A stretch of DNA of 64,000 nucleotides, taken from contig CAVQMM010000001.1 of the NCBI GenBank assembly GCA_963713615.1, positions 1,184,001 to 1,248,000 of the forward strand. Reading direction: 5' to 3'. Both the position numbers and the translations under genes were made by a program. The notes beneath the pieces were generated by a model, which saw only the letters and a program-made list of their open reading frames with translations, searched no databases and was not told the origin of the DNA. Below, piece after piece: positions 1 through 9,504 of this stretch (positions within the stretch are counted from its first letter, which is position 1; every line of letters begins with the position of its first letter). This DNA comes from an uncultured Chlamydiae bacterium (GTDB lineage: Bacteria > Chlamydiota > Chlamydiia > Chlamydiales > JAJFMA01).

Positions 1-382
1 CTCAGTACTGAAAGTTTCTCAAAACTACAACTACGGTGTAAGAATTTTACCGGGCTATTGGTTCTCTGACTGTATGGAAGGTCACTTGATCGTCGGGTAT
101 ACCCGTGGTGGCTTCAAACTTACAGACAATGGTGTTTATGGGGTTACCTCCAATTCATTTGCTCTTAATGGCTATCAAGTTGGTTTAGGAACTACTTTTC
201 AGCTCTCTGAGTGCCTTGCATTTCGTTTGGATAGTGTTTACAGTGGTTATTCCAACAATCGGAATATCACAGGCATAGCACCAACGGTTGCACAAGGAGG
301 GCCTGCAGGAGCTGCAACAACAAACTATCGTCTTAAAACTTCTACTGTAGATACTACTATTTCCCTAGTCTATAGCTTCTAA
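1..382 (+). CDS. Outer-membrane beta-barrel protein, C-terminal part (5' end probably outside the window)
   Basis: Alternating amphipathic strands (GYQVGLG, LAFRLDSVYS) and a C-terminal ISLVYSF with terminal Phe; no signal peptide within the ORF call at 74. Confidence 0.6.
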   Translation, partial: SVLKVSQNYNYGVRILPGYWFSDCMEGHLIVGYTRGGFKLTDNGVYGVTSNSFALNGYQVGLGTTFQLSECLAFRLDSVYSGYSNNRNITGIAPTVAQGGPAGAATTNYRLKTSTVDTTISLVYSF

Positions 383-514
383 CACGATGAACCTGGGATC
401 AGGCCTGACCTCAACTCTAGAGTGTCAGGCCTGACCTCCAGCTTCTGTCCTTCGAAATTTCTAGCAAGAGATGAGCGAGACACGAGGACAAAAAGGCTGT
501 CCTTAAACCTACTT

Positions 515-706
515 TCATTTGGAGCATCTGTTTATCCCCAAAATTTGATACAACACGCACCAGCTAAACAGGGCTTCAGCAAAGGTGAATAGCGACAACA
601 ACAGCGCCAGCAGGCTGTGAGCCCATATAGCATAGCCCAAGAGCAATAGCGCAAGTAGGAGTCTAAGTATTCTGCCTGGTGTTCCGATATTTTTAGAAAA
701 TCTCAT
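515..706 (-). CDS. DUF2892/YgaP-like small membrane protein
   Basis: KNIG..GRILR, two hydrophobic segments, then WCVLYQILGINRC; GAGGAG SD before the ATG at 706. Confidence 0.8.
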   Translation of the reverse strand: MRFSKNIGTPGRILRLLLALLLLGYAIWAHSLLALLLSLFTFAEALFSWCVLYQILGINRCSK

Positions 707-891
707 CGCCTCTCCTCGTAAATGGACAATATGGACCTCATGGACAACAGGGATGATTACCACACAACATTTTAAAATCAAAAAGAAAATTCCCATTCCT
801 CCCTTCTTCTCTCTCCGATCTCGGCGTCTCGGCGTACTCTTTGGTAAAAATCCTACATCCTCCTAGATCCGTGTTCATCCGAGCCTGCTCC

Positions 892-1794
892 TCAATCCGT
901 GAGCAAGCGCAGTTTCAGCTCTACAAGGGCTTGCTGGAAGTCTTCAGGAATGGGTGCGCTCACCACAAGTGATTCTTTGCTAATAGGGTGCGGAAATTCA
1001 ATTTTATAAGCATGCAGCAGGGGCCTAAGTGGACGGTACTGGCATACCGGTCGTCTGGCATATTGGTAATCACCTAGGATGGGATGTCCAAGTTCCTTCA
1101 TATGCACGCGGATTTGGTGTGTCCGACCTGTCTTAGGGTGACACATCACTAAAGCTGCCTGTGGTCCATAGCTGATACAATGCCACGTTGTTTCAGCATA
1201 CTGTCCTTTAGCTTCTGCTACAGCGCCCCAGATTGCTTGCCCTTCATAGCTGTGCAGCTTCCCTAGATAGTTCTTAATCACCCCATGTGAAGGCTTGGGT
1301 GTCCCATCGACAATGGCAAGATAGGTCTTGATGACGGTGCGTTGACGAAAAAGATCTTCTATCGCTTGCTTGGCCTTTCCATTGCGCGAAAAGAGCATCA
1401 CTCCACTGGTATCCCTGTCAAGACGATGTACCAATTGAATGGGACCGAACGATTTTTCCAAAATCGGCACCAAAGCCTCGGAAGTGACGGCTGTGGGCTT
1501 ATTGTAAAGAAGGATATCGGTATCCTCATACAAGATACGCCCTGGGTCCGCTTCTCGTTTTGGTACGGGCTCAGCATTCTTAGGAACTCTCAGGGAAACG
1601 CGATCGCCCGCCAAGACTTGTCGAGAAGCGAACCGCTCAACGACTCCATTGATCTCACAGCGATTGCCGTCAACCCAGCGCTTGAGGAGCTTTGCTGAAT
1701 AGCGTCCATTAAATTTTTCGCGAAGAAACAGTCCTAAGCGCTGATGTGCCTCTGCGGGACTAACAATCCATTCATCAAAGCCATTGCGTATCAT
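892..1794 (-). CDS. RluA-family pseudouridine synthase
   Basis: S4-like N-terminus; NKP, VHRLDRDTSG, TGRTHQIRVH and HPILGD motifs. Confidence 0.95.
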   Translation of the reverse strand: MIRNGFDEWIVSPAEAHQRLGLFLREKFNGRYSAKLLKRWVDGNRCEINGVVERFASRQVLAGDRVSLRVPKNAEPVPKREADPGRILYEDTDILLYNKPTAVTSEALVPILEKSFGPIQLVHRLDRDTSGVMLFSRNGKAKQAIEDLFRQRTVIKTYLAIVDGTPKPSHGVIKNYLGKLHSYEGQAIWGAVAEAKGQYAETTWHCISYGPQAALVMCHPKTGRTHQIRVHMKELGHPILGDYQYARRPVCQYRPLRPLLHAYKIEFPHPISKESLVVSAPIPEDFQQALVELKLRLLTD

Positions 1795-1798
1795 AGGG

Positions 1799-3271
1799 CT
1801 ACCATAATCCCAGCCATGCCCACCAGAGACTGCCTATTCCAAGCCAAATGACAAGGTACACGATACTGAGGATAAAGCCCACAAACCACCATTGCTTGAG
1901 ATCCACAAAGCGATAGGCAAACATAATGGGCGCCTGGCCGGAGCTATAGTGTGTCAAGCCTCCCATCAGGCCACTTAAATAGGCTAAGGTGAGAGCTACA
2001 AGCAGAGGAGGCCCTCCTACGGCGATGCAGACCATCAAAAAAGTCGCATACATCGAACTTACATGTGCTGTGATGCTGGCGAACAGATAGTGGCTGTAGA
2101 AATAGACGAGTCCCAATACTCCCAAAGCGATCAGCCAACGATAGCCTTCCATCACGACGACAATCTGATCGCTAAACCAACGAATAAAACCGAGTCCATT
2201 AAGGTTGCTAGCCATCATCACCAAGGCGGCAAACCACACGAGAGTGTCCCAAGCTACTTCCTCAGCAATGATATCGCGCCAGCTCAGAACATCACTGAGG
2301 AGAAGAAAGCCGACTCCTACCACTGCAGCGACGGTAGCATCGATGCCTATGTGCGAACCAAAGACCCATAACACCAAAAGCATCACAAAGCAGATTCCCA
2401 TCATTATCTCTGAACGGGACATCCTGCCCATCTCCAAGAGATGCTGTTTGGCATGCGCGGCAGCGTCTGAGACATCATCCAATGTTGGAGGGCAGAGCCA
2501 ACGTGTCACAAAGGGGATGATGAGCAAGCTCAGCAAGCCAGGAACGATGGCGGCTTTAGCCCATAAGAACCAGGAAATCTCTACTCCGGCGTCTCCGGCA
2601 AGTCGCACAACGATGGGATTAGGGGCCATTGCCGTCACGAACATTGTGCTCGTAATCACAGTACCCTGAAACACACTCAAAACCAAAAAAGAACCAATGC
2701 GTGATGCGGTACCATCATCGGGGCGACTTCCTAGCACAGCTGACAAGGATCTGATAATAGGTACGAGCACTCCGCCAGCCCTGGCTGTCGAGCTGGGGAT
2801 GACCGGAGCCATGATGAGGTCGCTGGCCATCAGGCCATAGGCCAATCCTAGAGGCGTCTTTCCGCATAAATTGAGAAAGAGATAGGAAATACGACTGGCC
2901 AAACCTGTTTTAATAAATCCTCGAGCGATAAAACAAGCGAGGACGATCAGCCAAATCTGGGGGTTGGCGAAACCTGAAAAAACAATATCGACCGGTAATG
3001 TGCGCGTGAGGGCAGTGACACCTAAAGCTAGCAAGGCCACAGCTCCCATAGGCAAGGGCTTTAGAATGATTCCAACAATGGTAGCTACAAAGATAGCCAG
3101 AAGGTGTTTAGCATCTTCAGGTAGACCTGAAGGAGTCGGTAACCACCACAAGACAATGCCGATGGCTAATACCATCCATAGAGGCTTCCAGCGTGTGCCC
3201 ACTGGTGCAGGCTGCAGGTGACTAGGAGCTCCTACAGGCAGGGCCTGTTCTTCATGAAATCCTTGTTTCAT
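1799..3271 (-). CDS. DASS-family sodium-coupled dicarboxylate/anion transporter
   Basis: PSSTARAGG, TAMAPNP and THYSSGQAPI motifs; polytopic membrane protein. Confidence 0.92.
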   Translation of the reverse strand: MKQGFHEEQALPVGAPSHLQPAPVGTRWKPLWMVLAIGIVLWWLPTPSGLPEDAKHLLAIFVATIVGIILKPLPMGAVALLALGVTALTRTLPVDIVFSGFANPQIWLIVLACFIARGFIKTGLASRISYLFLNLCGKTPLGLAYGLMASDLIMAPVIPSSTARAGGVLVPIIRSLSAVLGSRPDDGTASRIGSFLVLSVFQGTVITSTMFVTAMAPNPIVVRLAGDAGVEISWFLWAKAAIVPGLLSLLIIPFVTRWLCPPTLDDVSDAAAHAKQHLLEMGRMSRSEIMMGICFVMLLVLWVFGSHIGIDATVAAVVGVGFLLLSDVLSWRDIIAEEVAWDTLVWFAALVMMASNLNGLGFIRWFSDQIVVVMEGYRWLIALGVLGLVYFYSHYLFASITAHVSSMYATFLMVCIAVGGPPLLVALTLAYLSGLMGGLTHYSSGQAPIMFAYRFVDLKQWWFVGFILSIVYLVIWLGIGSLWWAWLGLW

Positions 3272-3317
3272 AAATACTCCGTCACATACGTGGATGTGAG
3301 TCTATGCCACCCACGCT

Positions 3318-4367
3318 TCAACCCAGAACGCTGAACTGTTCTAGAAACCTAACATCATTTTCGTAGTATAGACGAATGTCGTTAACCTGATACTTAAGAT
3401 TGGCTATGCGTTCCACACCTAGTCCCCATGCATAGCCAGAATATTCTTCCGGATCAATGCCTCCGTTCCGTAGGACATCAGGATGAATCATCCCAGCCCC
3501 CATAAGTTCTAACCAGCCTGAGTGCTTACACATGGAACATCCAGAACCGCCACAGAGAGTACATTGCATATCGACTTCCAAGCCTGGCTCCACAAAAGGA
3601 AAGTAACTGGGACGAAAGCGAGTGACAACATCGGGTCCGAAGACGCCTTGAAGGAATTCCTCAATCGTGGCCATTAAATTTGAAAAGGTGACACCCTTAT
3701 CGATATAGACGCCCTCGATTTGGTGGAAAAAAACGTGATGTCGAGAAGAAACAGTTTCATTGCGATAGCAGCGTCCAGGAGCCACAAAGCGTAAGGGGGG
3801 CTTATGGCTCTCCATCACACGAACCTGAATGTTGCTGGTGTGTGTACGTAGCAATACCTCAGGAGCTAGGTAAAAGGTATCCTGCATGTCACGAGCTGGG
3901 TGGTCCTTAGCGAAGTTGAGAGCTTCAAAATTGTAATAATCCGTTTCTATCTCTGGACCATCCTGAATGGAAAAGCCCATGCCTACCATGACATCGAGAA
4001 GCTGATCCATGACAGTATTGACGATGTGCTTGGCACCCTGGTAGCTACGACGGCCCGGCAGCGTGATATCAAGAACCTCGGAAGCTAGACGTTGACCTGA
4101 TTCCGCGGAATATAAGCGCTGCAAGGCCTCGCTACACGCAGCCTCTAAGGCATCACGAAGGTCATTGATATCTTTACCTACCTGCGGACGGTCCTCAGCA
4201 GATACGCTTTTTAGCTCCTTCATGAGAGCTTGCACAGGACCCTTTCGCCCGAGATACTTGACCTTTACAGCTTCAACATCAGCTGTTGTGGTAGCACTCT
4301 TGAGGTCTTCTAGGCATCCATGACGGATTGTATTGATTGTTTCTTGCACGGCTGAAAGCTCCCACAA
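3318..4367 (-). CDS. pheS: Phenylalanine-tRNA ligase alpha subunit
   Basis: HPARDMQDTFY, LLRTHTS, FRPSYFPFVEP and GYAWGLGVER; lies downstream of rplT. Confidence 0.98.
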   Translation of the reverse strand: MWELSAVQETINTIRHGCLEDLKSATTTADVEAVKVKYLGRKGPVQALMKELKSVSAEDRPQVGKDINDLRDALEAACSEALQRLYSAESGQRLASEVLDITLPGRRSYQGAKHIVNTVMDQLLDVMVGMGFSIQDGPEIETDYYNFEALNFAKDHPARDMQDTFYLAPEVLLRTHTSNIQVRVMESHKPPLRFVAPGRCYRNETVSSRHHVFFHQIEGVYIDKGVTFSNLMATIEEFLQGVFGPDVVTRFRPSYFPFVEPGLEVDMQCTLCGGSGCSMCKHSGWLELMGAGMIHPDVLRNGGIDPEEYSGYAWGLGVERIANLKYQVNDIRLYYENDVRFLEQFSVLG

Positions 4368-4393
4368 TCTGGCTGATGGAGAATCGATGGAAC

Positions 4394-4430
4394 AGAAAAG
4401 CAGAACCCAGGCCAGGGCCTAAGGTTCTGC
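4394..4430 (-). terminator. Probable intrinsic terminator after rplT
   Basis: Minus-strand hairpin GCAGAACC-TTAGGCC...GGCCTG-GGTTCTGC followed by TTTTCTGTT. Confidence 0.55.
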
Positions 4431-4468
4431 TAACTTAGTACAGTCTCGATATATCCGAAACGAGGCTC

Positions 4469-4825
4469 CTACACTAACGCAGCCTTAGCCTGGCCGACAA
4501 CGGCAGCGAAGCTACTTGGATCGCGTATAGCCATATCGGCTAACACCTTACGATCTAAGAGGCAACCCGCCTTCTTAAGGCCATACATAAATTTGCTGTA
4601 GGATATGCCGTTAATCTTGGATGCGACCCCTATGCGGGTAATCCACAGCTGACGGAAGTTTCGCTTATTCTGCTTGCGATGCTCGTAATTGAAGGCTAAA
4701 GCCTTCATAACGGCATCTTTGGTCAGCCGTATGTGATTCTTACGGTCTCCGACAAAGCCTTTAGCGAGTTTCATCAGTCTTTTCTTTCGGCGATGTCTCG
4801 CGACTGAGTTTGTTGCTCTAGTCAT
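4469..4825 (-). CDS. rplT: 50S ribosomal protein L20
   Basis: MTRATNSVARHRRKK, FRQLWITRI and DRKVLADMA. Confidence 0.98.
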   Translation of the reverse strand: MTRATNSVARHRRKKRLMKLAKGFVGDRKNHIRLTKDAVMKALAFNYEHRKQNKRNFRQLWITRIGVASKINGISYSKFMYGLKKAGCLLDRKVLADMAIRDPSSFAAVVGQAKAALV

Positions 4826-4959
4826 TATAGTTCTCCAGTATGTTCTCTGGGATCGGCTATCAGCTGGTGTGTCTTAAACCGATCCTTTCTCCGCCTCTAG
4901 CAAAGGGCCAACAACCGCTTTTTGCGGCCTACAAACCCTTCTGCACATTATTTCAGTTC

Positions 4960-5154
4960 CTATACGCCCATCAGCAGCTTAAACATCTTCAATTGCCCCT
5001 CAGATACTAGCAAAGGGCCTTTGAGTTGTCGCTTACGCTTAGCAGTTTTTTTGGTAAGTATGTGACGTTTACCCGGTTGACGACGTAGTAACTTGCCTGT
5101 TGCCGTGACTTTAAACTTTGCTGCCACAGCCTTACGGGTCTTCATTTTAGGCAC
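4960..5154 (-). CDS. rpmI: 50S ribosomal protein L35
   Basis: MPKMKTRKAVAAKFKVTATGK; CAGGAG SD before a GTG start. Confidence 0.98.
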   Translation of the reverse strand: MPKMKTRKAVAAKFKVTATGKLLRRQPGKRHILTKKTAKRKRQLKGPLLVSEGQLKMFKLLMGV

Positions 5155-5380
5155 AGTCTGTTCTCCTGTCTAATTCGCTCTCTTAGTATGCTTCCGTTCT
5201 TAGCACTACTTATCTTCTTTTTCCCCAACTTATGCATATGGTAGGCCAAGAGCCATACCACACCGCACCTACCGCTGGAAGCTAAATGAATCAGGCTTTC
5301 CGAATGGGAGCTTGGCCGTAATTATGCCATTTTAAGGAATTGATTGCAATGAGTATCACCGACGTTTTCGCGACCTTAAC

Positions 5381-5594
5381 CCTTCATAATCGTCACTCGG
5401 CGCGCAGCGCTTTGGAGTGCGGTCGCTTGCGACCGCTTTGGGTTTGGGCGAAGTTGGCGTGACACGAAGCGTGACTTCCCGCTCTGGGGATACCGTGAGA
5501 TTCTGAGGCCTCCAAAGAAAGGCGCGCGATTCAATAGGCTCGCCCACATCCAAAGCGGTCGCAAGCGACCGCACTCCAAAGCGCTGCGCGCCGG
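5381..5594. repeat. REPIN-like palindromic element (family A, spacer type 1)
   Basis: Inverted arms CGGCGCGCAGCGCTTTGGAGTGCGGTCGCTTGCGACCGCTTTGG ... CCAAAGCGGTCGCAAGCGACCGCACTCCAAAGCGCTGCGCGCCG; related copies at 9207, 43201, 45497, 48022, 56703 and 60109. Confidence 0.85.
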
Positions 5595-5737
5595 CCAACC
5601 TTTTGAGTTACTTGGACGTGCGGTCGCTTACGACTGGCCGCAAGGAATGAAAAGCGGTCGTTCATGGATAGACTAAAGGACCTTTGGTCCTTTTTGTCCA
5701 TTCAAGAGCAAACCGCACATGCCTAAAAGTTCTTGAT

Positions 5738-6364
5738 TTATTCCGATGGAGGCTCTGCTGGGGGCACCGGCACATCAGCCACAGGTGTCGCTGCTGGTGC
5801 TGGTGTCGCTGCCGGTGCTGGTTTTTCAGCAGACTTTTCGACAGGCTTGTCAGCCTTCTTCTTTGTCGTCTTACCTGGAGCCAACACCATAATCATCAAA
5901 CGACCTAACAGTCCGATTGGTGATTCGACGGTTGCGACATCGCCAAGTTCTTCTTGCATCTTGAGCATCACGCGTTCACCAAACTCGGGATGTAAACGCT
6001 CACGGCCACGGAACATACAGGTTACTTTAACCTTGTTGCCCTTTTGCAAAAAATCACGTGCATGACGAGTCTTCGTCTCTAGGTCATGGGTGTCAATATT
6101 AGGTTTTAATTTAACCTCTTTCACCTTGACTTGATGCTGAGCTTTTTTGCTTTCCTTTTCGCGCTTGGTCTGGTCATACCGATATTTGCCATAGTCGATA
6201 ACTTTACAGACTGGAGGGCTGGCATTAGGAACGATCTCTACGAGATCTAGACCTTCATCCTCTGCAAGGCGATACGCTTCTTCGATGGAAATGATGCCGA
6301 CTTGTTCACCGGCTGAATTGATGACGCGGACCTTAGGAACGCGAATTTGTCTATTGACTCTCAA
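5738..6364 (-). CDS. infC: Translation initiation factor IF-3 with a Pro/Ala-rich C-terminal tail
   Basis: [31 protein letters not shown] and MFRGRE; non-ATG start (TTG at 6364, or an in-frame ATT at 6370). Confidence 0.97.
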   Translation of the reverse strand: MRVNRQIRVPKVRVINSAGEQVGIISIEEAYRLAEDEGLDLVEIVPNASPPVCKVIDYGKYRYDQTKREKESKKAQHQVKVKEVKLKPNIDTHDLETKTRHARDFLQKGNKVKVTCMFRGRERLHPEFGERVMLKMQEELGDVATVESPIGLLGRLMIMVLAPGKTTKKKADKPVEKSAEKPAPAATPAPAATPVADVPVPPAEPPSE

Positions 6365-6387
6365 TACAATAACCTATTCTTACGGTG

Positions 6388-8112
6388 TTACCCATTCACT
6401 TTTGGCGGCAATCGGCGTTGCTCCACCTCGGAACATGCCTCGGAAACAAAAACATCAACAGCAAGGCGTTTGTTACTTTGCTGATGGTGCCCTGTGCGTA
6501 TTGTCACGCTGTCCTGTTGCCTTTCTTTTTGACCCACGATTGCCAGGTAAGGCACTTTAGCTGTCTCTCCGGCAAAAACTTTAGCGCCTAAGGTCTCATT
6601 TCTATCGTCAATGCTAGCCCTAAGGCCAGCTGCAAGGCATTTTTGCATGACAACCTGAGCATACGCATTATCATTCTCATGCACTGGCAAAACTCTTACT
6701 TGCTCAGGAGCCAACCACACAGGTAACTCACCATTAAAACGTTCTAGGAGCAGTCCTACAAAACGCTCCATGGACCTAAACAACGACTGCACAATTAGCA
6801 CTGGTGCGGTCATGATATCGTTTTTGGCCTGATACCGCAATCCACATCGTTCAGGTAGGGCAAAATCAAAACCTACAAAAGGCCCTTCCCACTCTCGCTC
6901 TAATGCATCAGCTATGTTAACCTGCACGCGAGGGCCACTGAAACAGGTCATTTCTTTATCTATCTCCGGCTGCATTCCCACGGTGCTTAACGCCTCATGA
7001 AACCAAGAAAGAGCTTTGTCCCAAAGGGTCAATGTCCCAGCATAAGAGGACCCGCGACCATACAGGCACACCCGAGACCTAAAACCAAAGAGTGTAATGG
7101 TTTTATTGATCAATTGCAAGGAGGAAATGAGGGCATCCAAGACTTGATCGGGCTTACAAAATAGTGTGGCCTCATCGCTGGTAAAAACTGAATTCGAGAA
7201 TAAGCCCCATTGATGGCTGCGTCGAACTGGCTGCTGCACTGTTGCACACTCGGCATAGCGCAAGGGGAGCTGGCGATAGGAGTGCAAATGCGCATCAAAT
7301 AGGGCCGCATGCAAAGGGATGCGACTGGGTGGTAGCATTTGTTCATCTTGGTCGTAGAGACCTTCAGCAGGAACGAATTTCTTAAGCCAATCCGTTGGAA
7401 CGAGGGGTGTGGTGTGAATAAATTCAAAGCCTTGTTGCCGGAGTTCCTTGCGCCACCAGTCAATAAGGGTCTCTCGAATCCTATTTCCCTTAGGCTGCCA
7501 TAGGTGGGTTCCTGTGGGCTCGTGGTCTTCGAAAAGCTCTAACTCCCGGCCTAAGCGGCGATGATCGCGCTCAACAGCTGCATCGGCGATTTTAATAAAG
7601 CGTTTGAGCTCTTGCCGATTGCCAAAGGCGGCACCTTGGATGATTGTGACAGGGTGAGAACGTCCATCTGCGAGTTCACGTTCATCCGTCTCCACGCTCA
7701 GTAGCTTAAAGGCTCGAATGGCCTTCATGCTTGCTGCGTGAGGTGCGGGGCACACCTCCAGGTACTCGCCAACACGGGCTATCTCGACTAAGCCGTCTTC
7801 CTCACCTACTAAAGACGCCCGAATCGGCTGCTTGTGATAACGGAAGTACTCCTGAATATTTGCTAAAAGCATTTCGCTACTGATGATTGCGAGTTCTTGT
7901 TGAATCAAGCCAGTCATTTGCCTTTCTACCAAGGCTAGAACTGTTTCGTCAATGGTCTCTGTAAAAATACACTCGCAAGCAAACCCAATATCAGTGCCTC
8001 GACAACTTAACACGATGGCTTTTGGAAACATCTGTTGCAAGGCTATTGAGAGCGCGACCGCTGCTGTGGCCCGTATTGCTTGAAGATCGGAAGTCTGTGA
8101 AGAAGGTTTCAT
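6388..8112 (-). CDS. Threonyl-tRNA synthetase homolog, probably catalytically inactive
   Basis: ThrRS architecture (ERDHRRLGRELELF, WQPKG, SYRQLPLRYAE, FALPER, SMERFVGLLLE, PVWLAPEQV, anticodon-binding domain) but the MNCP, R..F.QDDAH and IHR motifs are substituted; lies directly upstream of infC. Confidence 0.85.
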   Translation of the reverse strand: MKPSSQTSDLQAIRATAAVALSIALQQMFPKAIVLSCRGTDIGFACECIFTETIDETVLALVERQMTGLIQQELAIISSEMLLANIQEYFRYHKQPIRASLVGEEDGLVEIARVGEYLEVCPAPHAASMKAIRAFKLLSVETDERELADGRSHPVTIIQGAAFGNRQELKRFIKIADAAVERDHRRLGRELELFEDHEPTGTHLWQPKGNRIRETLIDWWRKELRQQGFEFIHTTPLVPTDWLKKFVPAEGLYDQDEQMLPPSRIPLHAALFDAHLHSYRQLPLRYAECATVQQPVRRSHQWGLFSNSVFTSDEATLFCKPDQVLDALISSLQLINKTITLFGFRSRVCLYGRGSSYAGTLTLWDKALSWFHEALSTVGMQPEIDKEMTCFSGPRVQVNIADALEREWEGPFVGFDFALPERCGLRYQAKNDIMTAPVLIVQSLFRSMERFVGLLLERFNGELPVWLAPEQVRVLPVHENDNAYAQVVMQKCLAAGLRASIDDRNETLGAKVFAGETAKVPYLAIVGQKERQQDSVTIRTGHHQQSNKRLAVDVFVSEACSEVEQRRLPPKVNG

Positions 8113-8137
8113 GAAATTCCAGCTAAGGGAAAAAGGA

Positions 8138-8211
8138 TGGGATATAGCTGACTCGAACAGCTGACCTCCACGATGTCAACGTGGCGCTCTAACCAACTGA
8201 GCTAATATCCC
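8138..8211 (-). tRNA. tRNA-Val (GAC)
   Basis: Reverse complement GGGATATTAGCTCAGTTGGTTAGAGCGCCACGTTGACATCGTGGAGGTCAGCTGTTCGAGTCAGCTATATCCCA folds as a cloverleaf with anticodon GAC. Confidence 0.97.
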
Positions 8212-8286
8212 ATTAGGTCATTTGACAAGCGCCAAGAGTACCTGTATTCATCATTTCTTACAAGACTCATTTTGCGTGGTATAGCT

Positions 8287-8802
8287 CTATTTTGTTTCTT
8301 TCTTTTCCATGAGACGTTCACGAGCGCGAACGCTAAGTTTCTTTATTTCGGCAAAATTCTCGTCTTCACCTGCCGCATGAATAGCTTTATCCAGGGAAAA
8401 GATGGCCTGATCGAGGTCTCCCATGCCATTGTGACAGGCTGCGGAATGGTAGTGAGCGACTGCGTGGTGACGATCGGCAATCACAACCATGCCATAAGCC
8501 ACTAGGGCCTGCCTATATTCCTCGTTGAGCTGTTCACACATTCCTAAGCCCAGCCAATACTCTGGTACGAATGGGTTCAGGGTGGTCAAAAATAGAAAGG
8601 CATCTGAAGCTTCCTTCAAACGATGATGGGTGAATAAGGCATGGGCAACCTGATAGAATTTGTCCATAGTCTCATCAGCAAAGCCTAAAATCTCCTGGAA
8701 AATTCTTCCTTCCTCGACATATTGACGCATAAGGTCGGGATCTTTGAGCCTCTCAAAAGCTTCTTTTGGAATCATGAATTCCTCTAGGTCTTCCATATCC
8801 AT
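8287..8802 (-). CDS. SycD/LcrH-family TPR type III secretion chaperone
   Basis: ASDAFLFLTTLNP..YWLGLG..Q...Y..A...Y TPR pattern typical of LcrH/Scc chaperones. Confidence 0.8.
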   Translation of the reverse strand: MDMEDLEEFMIPKEAFERLKDPDLMRQYVEEGRIFQEILGFADETMDKFYQVAHALFTHHRLKEASDAFLFLTTLNPFVPEYWLGLGMCEQLNEEYRQALVAYGMVVIADRHHAVAHYHSAACHNGMGDLDQAIFSLDKAIHAAGEDENFAEIKKLSVRARERLMEKKETK

Positions 8803-8817
8803 AGGTAAAGTGAACTC

Positions 8818-9093
8818 CTATTTAGTGGGAAAAGTGCGAAAAATATTGCCCATCATCTGTGCCCACTCCCCTGCAATCTCTGAAGATCCTTTATGGCCTA
8901 ACCATATCTGTGCCTGCGCCTTTACAAACTCTTTCGCTTTGGTTGCCATTTCTGTCTTATCACCACACCTATGCGCTGTCACGGGCAGGTCTTTGCCACT
9001 AGGCCGACTGAATAACGCCTCTTCAATCTGTTTCGGCTGTCGGCATTCAATAGATGGTATAATGGGCTGACCACTGACTGGTCCTGTATCCAT
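8818..9093 (-). CDS. Small hypothetical protein, probably co-transcribed with the SycD-like chaperone
   Basis: Strong AAGGAGG SD, 91-aa ORF, 15-nt gap to the chaperone gene. Confidence 0.6.
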   Translation of the reverse strand: MDTGPVSGQPIIPSIECRQPKQIEEALFSRPSGKDLPVTAHRCGDKTEMATKAKEFVKAQAQIWLGHKGSSEIAGEWAQMMGNIFRTFPTK

Positions 9094-9206
9094 AGTCCCT
9101 CCTTACCTTCGACTTTATTATATTAAAATCCGACAAAAACATACAATGAAACAAATTTTACAGCCTATTAAACTAATTTTATTCAAAAAAGAGAGGCGCG
9201 AAGTCT

Positions 9207-9432
9207 TCACAATCGTCGCTCGGCGCGCAGCGCTTTGGAGTGCGTGTCGCTCGCGACCGCTTTGGATTTGGGTGAACTAGGCATTGCAAGAAACGTAACC
9301 TTTCGCTCTAGGGGTAACTGTGGGGGTTTAAGCCTCCAAAGAACGGTACGCGGTTCAATAGGCTCGCCCAAATCCAAAGCGGTCGCGAGCGACACGCACT
9401 CCAAAGCGCTTCGCGCCAAGATACGATTGTGA
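9207..9432. repeat. REPIN-like palindromic element (family A, spacer type 1)
   Basis: TCACAATCGT...GGAGTGCGTGTCGCTCGCGACCGCTTTGG and its inverted arm; spacer similar to the 43201 copy. Confidence 0.85.
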
Positions 9433-9504
9433 GTCAAGAAAAAGATGTGTGCAACACTATGCATTCCATGACTGCGGCGATCGTTTGTGAACCGAGTCGG
9501 CCCC

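Noticed and set aside
396..440. Two TCAGGCCTGACCTC palindromic units
   Set aside because: Possibly REP remnants or a terminator, but short and not seen elsewhere in the window
5160..5320. Possible L20 autoregulatory leader upstream of rpmI
   Set aside because: I could not identify a convincing conserved structure by eye; a covariance-model search would be needed
5356..5598. Short ORFs such as MECGRLRPL.. and MECVSLATALDLGE.. (also at 9207, 43201, 45641, 56549 and 60042)
   Set aside because: They are translations of the family-A palindromic repeat, appear on both strands, and show no independent coding signal
5784..5822. 18-bp tandem repeat
   Set aside because: It encodes the PAPAAT low-complexity tail of IF3
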